Part shown: positions 57,667-64,000 of the stretch, piece by piece | Numbering within the stretch: the first letter of the stretch is position 1 | Layout of the letters: every line of letters starts with the position of its first letter | DNA from: Gemmatimonadales bacterium | GTDB lineage: Bacteria; Gemmatimonadota; Gemmatimonadetes; Gemmatimonadales; GWC2-71-9 | Assembly: GCA_036006525.1 (NCBI GenBank) | Contig: DASYPP010000009.1 | Span: forward strand, 37,098 to 101,097 | DNA: 64,000 nt | Direction of reading: 5' to 3' | Notes under the pieces: model-generated | Told to the model about the DNA's origin: nothing | Seen by the model: only the letters and a program-made list of their open reading frames with translations | Database searches by the model: none | Program-made: the position numbers and the translations under genes

Positions 57667-60257
57667 GTTTCCTCCGCGTGCTGGGGTGCGGCCTTCCGCT
57701 GCTGTTCTACCAGCCAGTTGAGGGCCTGAAGCGGCGTCATGTCGTCCAGGTCCAGCGTCCGCAACTCCTCCATCACGGGATGCGGCACTGGCGAGGCAAA
57801 CAGCTGAAGCTGGGTGGGGTCGCTGGCCGGGGGTGCGCCGGGGACGACCCGGTGACCGGCTTCCAGGGTCAGCAGCATCGCCTTGGCGCGGTTCACTACA
57901 TCAGCGGGAAGCCCGGCCAGCTGAGCGACATGAATTCCGTAGGAGCGGTCGGTGCCGCCGGGCTCGAGTCGATGCAGAAAGATGACCCGGTCCCCATGCT
58001 CCCGCACCGCCACGTTGAGGTTCCGGGCGTGCTGAAGTTTCTCGGGCAGCTGCATCAGCTCATGATAGTGCGTGGCGAACATCGTCTTGCATCCGATCCG
58101 ATCGTGCAGGTGTTCGGTCACCGCCCAGGCGATGGCGACGCCGTCGTACGTCGAAGTCCCCCGGCCGATCTCGTCCAGCAACACCAGGCTCTGCGCCGTA
58201 GCGTTGTGGAGAATCGCGCTGGTTTCGCTCATTTCCACCATGAAGGTGGACTGGCCCTGGGCCAGGTTGTCGCTGGCACCCACCCGGGTGAAGAGCCGGT
58301 CCGCGACGCCGATCGTGGCCGCCGTCGCGGGGACGAAGGATCCCATCTGGGCCATGACGACGCACAGCCCGATCTGGCGGAGGATGGTGGACTTGCCGGC
58401 CATGTTGGGGCCGGTCACCAGGAGCACCCGCGCCGCGAGCTCGAAATGCACGTCGTTGGGAATGAACGTCTCGCGCGGCATCAGCCGCTCGATCACCGGG
58501 TGGCGGCAGCCGGTGAGCGTCAGTTCGAAGGCATCCTGGATGACAGGCCGGACGTAGCGGTGGCGGACCGCGGCATCGGCGAAAGTCGCAGTGACGTCGA
58601 GAAGACTGAGCACCTTGGCGGTGTGCTGGATTCGCAGCGTGGCCGCGGCCACCGTGGACCGGAGCGCGGTGAACAACTCACCCTCGCGTATCCCGATCCG
58701 CTCTTCCGCGCCCAGTACCTTCGACTCGTACTCCTTCAACTCGGGGGTGACGAACCGCTCCGCGTTGGAGAGAGTCTGCCGCCGCTCGTAATCGGCGGGG
58801 ACCCGGGCCGCGTGGGCGTTAGTGATTTCCAGGTAATACCCGAACACCTTGTTGTAGCCGACCTTGAGCGAAGTAATTCCGGTGCGGTCCCGTTCCCGTT
58901 GCTGGAGGCTCGCGATGTACTGCTTACCGCCATCACGCAGGTCGCGAAGCTCATCCAGTTCGTTGTCGTAGCCGCGCCGGATCACGTCCCCGTCGGCCAG
59001 GGAGACCGGCAACCGGTCGCTCAAGGCCGAGCCGAGCAGAGTCGCGAGGTCGGCGAGCAGCTCGAACCGCTGCGACAATTCGGACAGCAGTGAGCTCCGC
59101 TCCCGCCCGGAGATCCCGTTCAGCGCGGCCAGCACGTCGGGGAGCCGGAGGAAGGAGTCGCGGAGCGCGCCCATGTCGCGCGGGGTGGCCCGCCCGGACG
59201 ATACCCGGCCGGCCAGTCGCTCGAGGTCGCGGACGCCATCCAGCGCCTCACGCAGCCGTTCCCTGCCCCGGTTGTCCTGCACCGACACTTCCACTGCATC
59301 GAGCCGGGTGTTGATCTCGCCCGGATTCCGAAGCGGCGAAAGGACCCAGCGACGCAGCAGCCGGGCGCCCATGGGCGTCACCGTGCTGTCGAGCGCTTCG
59401 ATCAGGGTCGAGTTGCGGGCGCCGGCCCGGAGCGGGTCCACCAGCTCCAGGTTGCGCCGGGTCATCTCGTCGAGCCAGAGATGCCCCTCGTGGCGCCGTA
59501 CCGTGGGTCGCGCGAGGTGGGTGAGCCCGGCCGGCTGTAACTCGCTGATGTAGCGGAGCAGCGCTCCAGCCGCTCCGATCGCGGGCCAGTCCTCGCTCAG
59601 GAGACCCAGGCCGTCAAGCGAGGCCAGGCCAAAACGCTGGGCCAACTCGGGGCGGCCCAGCTCGGCGTCGAACTCCCACCGTTCCCGTACGGTGCGAAGC
59701 GCGCCTTCCAGCGAAGTCTCCAATTCTTCGGGGACCACGATTTCCGCGGGGGCCAGGCGGGTCAGCGCCTCCTCGAGGGTCGACCGCTCCAGCGTCTCCA
59801 GGGTGAACTCGCCGGTGCTCATGTCGACCGCCGCGAGGCCGATCCGATCGCCGGCCGGCGCCAGCGCCACCAGGAAATTGTTGCGGCTGCCCGGCAGGAA
59901 GGATTCGTCCAGCACCGAACCCGGCGTAAGGGTTTCCACGACTTCACGCTTGACGATTCCGCGGGAGAGTCGAGGATCCTCCACCTGCTCGCAGATGGCG
60001 ACGCGATGGCCGTGCGCGATCAGCTGGCGGAGATACTCGGTGGCGGCCTTGACGGGGACGCCGGCGAGCGGGACTCCGTCGCCGCGCGAAGTGAGGGTGA
60101 TGTTGAGGACCCGCGAGGCCAGCTCGGCGTCCTCGAAGAACATCTCGTAGAAATCACCCATCCGGAAGAAGAGAATCGCGCTCTGGTGCCGCGACTTGAT
60201 CTCCCGGTACTGCTGGAGCAGCGGTGAGCCGGCCGGTTCAACGGCGCGACCGGTCAT
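57663..60257 (-). CDS. mutS: DNA mismatch repair protein MutS
   Basis: PLLQQYREIK, mismatch-binding GDFYEMF, Walker A GPNMAGKST, and STF.VEM and DEIGRGTST motifs. Confidence 0.95.
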   Translation of the reverse strand: MTGRAVEPAGSPLLQQYREIKSRHQSAILFFRMGDFYEMFFEDAELASRVLNITLTSRGDGVPLAGVPVKAATEYLRQLIAHGHRVAICEQVEDPRLSRGIVKREVVETLTPGSVLDESFLPGSRNNFLVALAPAGDRIGLAAVDMSTGEFTLETLERSTLEEALTRLAPAEIVVPEELETSLEGALRTVRERWEFDAELGRPELAQRFGLASLDGLGLLSEDWPAIGAAGALLRYISELQPAGLTHLARPTVRRHEGHLWLDEMTRRNLELVDPLRAGARNSTLIEALDSTVTPMGARLLRRWVLSPLRNPGEINTRLDAVEVSVQDNRGRERLREALDGVRDLERLAGRVSSGRATPRDMGALRDSFLRLPDVLAALNGISGRERSSLLSELSQRFELLADLATLLGSALSDRLPVSLADGDVIRRGYDNELDELRDLRDGGKQYIASLQQRERDRTGITSLKVGYNKVFGYYLEITNAHAARVPADYERRQTLSNAERFVTPELKEYESKVLGAEERIGIREGELFTALRSTVAAATLRIQHTAKVLSLLDVTATFADAAVRHRYVRPVIQDAFELTLTGCRHPVIERLMPRETFIPNDVHFELAARVLLVTGPNMAGKSTILRQIGLCVVMAQMGSFVPATAATIGVADRLFTRVGASDNLAQGQSTFMVEMSETSAILHNATAQSLVLLDEIGRGTSTYDGVAIAWAVTEHLHDRIGCKTMFATHYHELMQLPEKLQHARNLNVAVREHGDRVIFLHRLEPGGTDRSYGIHVAQLAGLPADVVNRAKAMLLTLEAGHRVVPGAPPASDPTQLQLFASPVPHPVMEELRTLDLDDMTPLQALNWLVEQQRKAAPQHAEET

Positions 60258-61147
60258 CGCTCCTCGACGACGAAGGCGCTGCCACCCAGCCGGGTGCGAA
60301 TCTGAGAGGCCGCCGCCGCCGCCTGGACGCGATCGGCGTAGCGGCCGACCCTGATCTTCACGAACCCGCCTTCGTGCACGACGTGGGGATCGTATCCGGC
60401 GTCCCGCAACTGGCGCAGCGTGCCCTCGGCCGCCGCGTCGCTCGCCACCGCCGCGATCTGGACGCTGAAAGCCGGGCCGACGGATGGCTGGGCAGCGGGA
60501 GGCTCGGTCGGCACCGTGGCGGGCGTGGTTGCGGGCGTTCTTGCGGGCGGATTCGCCGTCATCATCGTATCGGAGCGCTGAGGCTCAGCCGTCGTGGCCG
60601 CCGGCACTCCGGCGCAGCGGGGTTGATAGAAGCTGAACTGGTTTTGCAGCTCAACGTCTTCCCCCGCCATGGCCACTCCCTCGTTCAGCCAGCGGCATGC
60701 CTCGGCGGTATGCCGGAGTTCGAAATTGGCCCGGGCGGCCCAATAGGCCACGACCGGCAACAGTGGAGTGCTGGGATAGTCGGCGCGGATCCGCTCCAGG
60801 CTGTGCAGGCTCTCCCCTGCCCTGCCGGCGGCAAAATCCTCTTCGGCCAATCCGAGCAGCGCATCGTCCGCCCAGTTGGAGCCGGCGAATTCGATCGCGA
60901 CCCGGCGGAGGTTACGGCTCCGATCCAACGGGTCCCGGGCCACCACGCCCATGGTGTAGACGATCTGAGGATAGAGCGTGTCGCTCTGTGGAGTCTGGTT
61001 CATCAGGGCGAGCACGATGGCGCGGGCCGAGTCTCCCTGGCCGTCCTGGGCCAACCGGACCGCCGCTACCAGCCTGCTGTCGTCCTGGGCGCTCAAGGAC
61101 GTCGTCAGGAGCCCAAGTGCTGTCGCCGCTACCAGCAGCCGTTTCAT
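60254..61147 (-). CDS. secreted TPR-like + SPOR domain protein
   Basis: Signal peptide MKRLLVAATALGLLTTSLSA, helical-repeat middle region and C-terminal SPOR-like FSVQIAAVASDAAAEGTLRQLRDAGYDPHVV...KIRVGRYADRVQA. ATGA overlaps on both sides. Confidence 0.75.
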   Translation of the reverse strand: MKRLLVAATALGLLTTSLSAQDDSRLVAAVRLAQDGQGDSARAIVLALMNQTPQSDTLYPQIVYTMGVVARDPLDRSRNLRRVAIEFAGSNWADDALLGLAEEDFAAGRAGESLHSLERIRADYPSTPLLPVVAYWAARANFELRHTAEACRWLNEGVAMAGEDVELQNQFSFYQPRCAGVPAATTAEPQRSDTMMTANPPARTPATTPATVPTEPPAAQPSVGPAFSVQIAAVASDAAAEGTLRQLRDAGYDPHVVHEGGFVKIRVGRYADRVQAAAAASQIRTRLGGSAFVVEER

Positions 61148-62202
61148 GCCGCTTCCCCCTTGCGCAGCTCGGTCAATTGCAGAACCAGGTCCAGCAGGAT
61201 GCCGCGGTCTTCGGACACACGGGTGTTCTTGAGCATGCGGTCGGCGGCGAGCACCGCCTTCAGCGCGGAATGAATCCGGCGCATCGGCCAGCGGGGCGCC
61301 CACTGGGCCCACCGGTCCGCTTCCTGTCTCCAGTCGCCGATGCCGTAAGGCCGCACCGAGAAGAGCGTGCTCATGACCTTGGGCGCCAGGGCGCGATCCC
61401 GGATTCCCTTGTCATGAAGCGAACGGGCCAGGCCAACGCCGACCAGGGAACTGCCGAGTGTCGTCACGATTTTCACGCCCGTCATCCCGGATTGCTCCAG
61501 CAGGCCGCCCAGCATGGTGACCGCCTTGGCACCCTCGCCCGCCATCACGTGATCGCGGAGAGCGGGCAGGGTTTCGCCCCGCCGCACACCGACCAACCCC
61601 ACGACGGCGTCGATATCGAGCGGCTTATCGCCGGCCAGACCGGACATCTTGGCCAGCTCGGTCCGGATGATCCCCAGGTCCTGTCCCACCGCGTCCACCA
61701 GGTGCTGGGTGGCCTCGGGCGTCAGCGAGAGGTTCATCTGTTTGCCCTGGTGCGCGATCCACTTCAGCACCCGCTCAGCGGGGAGCGGCGTGAACTCGAC
61801 GGATGTGCTCCCCCGGAGCAGCGCGGGCTCCGGCTTCTCCTCGCCGGCGTTCTGCAGCATCACCAGGACCGTGTCCGGCGAAGGCCGCTCGAGGTATTTC
61901 TCGAGCACCGTCCGCACCTTCGCCTTGCGCTTCAACTGTTCCATGTCTTTCAGCACGACCACCCGCCGCTCCGCCATCATGGGGAGCGTTTCCAGCAGGG
62001 AATGCAGACCCTCGGGGTCGAGCTGGCCGATGGAACGCTGGTCGAAGTTGAAGTCCCGGAGCGACTGATCGAGGGCGCGGTCGATGAGGTTGGTGACCGC
62101 CTCTTCCTTGAGAACATCCTCCGGGCCATGCAGGTAATACACCGGTTGCAGCTCACCGTTCTTGAGTGCGCGGATCAAAGCATCGTGACTGAGCGGGGGC
62201 AT
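61144..62202 (-). CDS. holA: DNA polymerase III delta subunit
   Basis: 352 aa with N-terminal LQPVYYLHGPEDVLKEEA and overall HolA-like architecture. Confidence 0.8.
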   Translation of the reverse strand: MPPLSHDALIRALKNGELQPVYYLHGPEDVLKEEAVTNLIDRALDQSLRDFNFDQRSIGQLDPEGLHSLLETLPMMAERRVVVLKDMEQLKRKAKVRTVLEKYLERPSPDTVLVMLQNAGEEKPEPALLRGSTSVEFTPLPAERVLKWIAHQGKQMNLSLTPEATQHLVDAVGQDLGIIRTELAKMSGLAGDKPLDIDAVVGLVGVRRGETLPALRDHVMAGEGAKAVTMLGGLLEQSGMTGVKIVTTLGSSLVGVGLARSLHDKGIRDRALAPKVMSTLFSVRPYGIGDWRQEADRWAQWAPRWPMRRIHSALKAVLAADRMLKNTRVSEDRGILLDLVLQLTELRKGEAA

Positions 62203-62242
62203 GAGGAAGTTTATCGCGCGAGTGGAAGTCTCGAAAGCTTTA

Positions 62243-62332
62243 AGGTGGGTCGGTGTAAGAAGGTGGGTCAGTGGCAGGTGACAATGAGGCGCGATTTCCT
62301 ACCCACTTGCCCACCTTCCCACTAACCCACCT
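62243..62332. repeat. four-copy 14-mer array arranged as a long imperfect inverted repeat
   Basis: AGGTGGGTCGGTGT (62243..62256) and AGGTGGGTCAGTGG (62261..62274). Inverted copies CCACTTGCCCACCT (62303..62316) and CCACTAACCCACCT (62319..62332). 28-nt central spacer. Confidence 0.9.
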
Positions 62333-62333
62333 A

Positions 62334-62363
62334 TTGACAATATAATCCGTAGAGACAATAAAT
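62334..62363 (+). promoter_or_regulatory. candidate promoter of the ArsR-family gene (leaderless transcript predicted)
   Basis: TTGACA (62334..62339), 18-nt spacer, ATAAAT (62358..62363), then 6 nt before the ATG at 62370. No Shine-Dalgarno sequence is possible. Confidence 0.5.
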
Positions 62364-62369
62364 ACTGTC

Positions 62370-62990
62370 ATGGACCTGCCTGATCTTGAATATGTGGATG
62401 AATTAGCTAGAGTTAGGGTGTTACTCCACCCCCTCCGACTGGCAATCATGGAATTGGCCGTGGAGAGCACCTCCGCTACCGATGCCGCCAGGCGCCTGAA
62501 TCTTCCACGTCAGGCCATTCACTATCATGTCGTCGCGCTCGAACGCGCGAAGTTCCTCGTCTCCGCCGGCGAGATCCGCCGCCGCAACATGGCGGAGCGA
62601 CGAGTGCGCGCGAGCGCGCGAAGTTATCTCATCGCACCCGAAATCCTGGGCGGGCTGAGTCCCGGTCGCCGCCGGGCGACGCGACCAGACAGCCCCCAGG
62701 GCCTGCTGTCTCTCACCGCCCGAATGCAGACCGACGTCTCCGCCATCCTCGCCGCTCCCGCCGCTCCGGTACTCTCCTTCACCTCCAAACTCCGCTTCTC
62801 CAACGCCGCCGGGCGCGAGGCATTCTCCCGCGCGTTGGGCCACGCAGTTGCCCAGCTGATCAAGGAGCATGGGTTGCTGGGCAATGCTTTCCGCGAAGCC
62901 GCGGAGGAGAGCACGCTGGCACTCGCGCTCTATCCCCTGCCCCGTGTCGGGCCCGGAAGCCCGACCTACATCCCGGAGGATTCGCCGTGA
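62370..62990 (+). CDS. ArsR-family winged-helix transcriptional regulator
   Basis: LHPLRLAIMELAVESTSATDAARRLNLPRQAIHYHVVALERAKFL. 4-nt overlap with the downstream SRPBCC gene. Confidence 0.8.
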   Translation: MDLPDLEYVDELARVRVLLHPLRLAIMELAVESTSATDAARRLNLPRQAIHYHVVALERAKFLVSAGEIRRRNMAERRVRASARSYLIAPEILGGLSPGRRRATRPDSPQGLLSLTARMQTDVSAILAAPAAPVLSFTSKLRFSNAAGREAFSRALGHAVAQLIKEHGLLGNAFREAAEESTLALALYPLPRVGPGSPTYIPEDSP

Positions 62991-63847
62991 TCCCGATGAC
63001 CGACGCCAAGGCCGATCACACCGGTCGCGCGGTGGATGTTGAGATCGTCACCCAGGCCTCCCCGGCCAAGGCATGGGAGGCCTGGGCCGATCCTGCGCGT
63101 CTGACCGAATGGTTTACCGACCGGGCGACCGGATTTGCGCTGCCGAACCAGACCCTGCGCTGGTCCAACGACCGGCTCAAGGCCGAGACGACGTACACCG
63201 TGCTGAGCGCCACGCCACCGACCCGGCTTTTGCTCGAGGGGACCGGCGGGCCGGAGGCAAGCCGGCTGGAGGTGGCCATCAGCGGAACCCGGGACGGTAC
63301 CCGGGTCCGGCTGATCCACTCCGGCTTCCCGCTGACGCCCGACTTCGACGAACACTATGCGGCCGTCGCTTCGGGCTGGCGCATGTCTATGGCGATCCTG
63401 CGCTACTACCTCGAGTTCCAGTTCGGCCGCAGCCGGCAGAGTTTCTTCGTCAGCCGGCCCATGAGGTACAGCACCTCCCGCCTGGCCTGGCTCTATCGGG
63501 ACCCGGCCGGTCTTCAGGAGTGGCTCGCAGAGGCGGGAAGCCTGGGAACCCCGGGCGGCCGGGTGCACCTGGTGCTCCGGGGCGGACGGATTCTTCGGGG
63601 CGACATGCTGGAGGACACCGGGAGCGAAATCGCGATGGGCTGGGACGAGATCAATGGGGTGCTGGAACTCAAGTCATTTCCGTGGGACCGGGAGAACGGA
63701 ATGCGGGCGATCTGCGTGCGCGGCTGGGGGTGGGAATTGTCGGCCGACCTGGCCCATCAGATCGAGCAGGAGCTGCAGGCAGCGGTGGACCGCCTCGAGA
63801 GCGCGCTGGAACAGGCGCCGGCCTCAGCCACCGGCCTTCGGGTCTGA
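62987..63847 (+). CDS. SRPBCC (AHSA1/START-like) domain protein, apparently two tandem domains
   Basis: AKAWEAWADPARLTEWF...LIHSGF...GWRMSMAILRYYLE is typical of the AHSA1 family. The second half repeats a similar pattern (LQEWLAE...). ArsR-SRPBCC is a common pairing. Confidence 0.75.
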   Translation: MIPMTDAKADHTGRAVDVEIVTQASPAKAWEAWADPARLTEWFTDRATGFALPNQTLRWSNDRLKAETTYTVLSATPPTRLLLEGTGGPEASRLEVAISGTRDGTRVRLIHSGFPLTPDFDEHYAAVASGWRMSMAILRYYLEFQFGRSRQSFFVSRPMRYSTSRLAWLYRDPAGLQEWLAEAGSLGTPGGRVHLVLRGGRILRGDMLEDTGSEIAMGWDEINGVLELKSFPWDRENGMRAICVRGWGWELSADLAHQIEQELQAAVDRLESALEQAPASATGLRV

Positions 63848-64000
63848 AGTTCGCAGGCACTGCACAAAGGTGAGAGCCACCAGGCTCTTGCCGTCGATGA
63901 TCTCGCCTCGCCGGATCCAGTCCAGCGCGTCGTGCCAGCGCACCTCGTGGGTCTCCATGAATTCGTCATGCTCCCGGCCGGACTCTCCCAGCGTGAGCTG
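63824..64000 (-). CDS. NUDIX hydrolase (ADP-ribose pyrophosphatase-like), C-terminal fragment running off the window
   Basis: Open frame from the window edge: ...LTLGESGREHDEFMETHEVRWHDALDWIRRGEIIDGKSLVALTFVQCL... This resembles the C-terminal helix region of ADP-ribose pyrophosphatases. Stop at 63824..63826, with a 24-nt convergent overlap with the SRPBCC gene. Confidence 0.45.
   Translation of the reverse strand, partial: QLTLGESGREHDEFMETHEVRWHDALDWIRRGEIIDGKSLVALTFVQCLRTSDPKAGG

Noticed and set aside
61544-61553. 10-bp palindrome ATCACGTGAT inside holA, resembling the parS core.
   Set aside because: Only the central CACGTG plus one flanking pair match. The outer GTTT/AAAC arms required for ParB recognition are absent.

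Overview
This is a high-GC, densely coding bacterial chromosome segment near the replication origin. The gene content suggests a Gemmatimonadota-like diderm (GWxTD protein, Hanks kinase-TPR proteins, bactofilin, Omp85-type proteins), but that assignment is inference only. I support about 60 protein genes, one RNase P RNA and one ribosomal protein gene (rpmH) that is too short for the ORF track.

Gene content, left to right:
- plsC.
- A BMP-type ABC importer operon with an embedded NIF3 gene.
- A long minus-strand block: sufR-sufBCDSU-bacilliredoxin-small His-rich ORF, ABC-2 exporter, mnmG, parS, parA-parB-M23 peptidase-bactofilin.
- def, a patatin-Omp85 protein, ferredoxin, a thioesterase/hydrolase fusion and rnd.
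- A matrixin-serine hydrolase-DUF59 operon, an MMPL transporter, an orphan pilin, polA and a GWxTD lipoprotein.
- Two Hanks kinases flanking pyrE and an AraC-type regulator, followed by rnpB RNA.
- A small-ORF/tandem-paralog/mtgA operon.
- dnaN-dnaA, a glycosidase-like lipoprotein, and rpmH-rnpA-yidD-yidC-mnmE.
- A CDGSH protein, then a long coupled block holA-SPOR-mutS-TonB_C-CBS-ddl-rhomboid-HExxH protein.
- An ArsR-SRPBCC pair and a partial NUDIX gene.

I see no transposase, integrase, phage gene, CRISPR array, tRNA or rRNA, and no low-GC island. All AT-rich stretches are short intergenic regions. Most long ORFs antisense to these genes are high-GC artefacts.

I do not see a convincing defence or accessory system. 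The most unusual items are:
- The parAB-M23-bactofilin operon behind a near-perfect parS.
- An AT-rich heptamer-repeat palindrome abutting the polA start codon.
- A four-copy 14-mer inverted array between holA and a probably leaderless ArsR gene.
- A candidate oriC with TAG-trio repeats between dnaA and dnaN.
- An uncharacterised secreted tandem-paralog pair coupled to mtgA.
- A possible out-of-frame rpmH/rnpA overlap.

All coordinates were counted by hand, and start codons are the least certain part.
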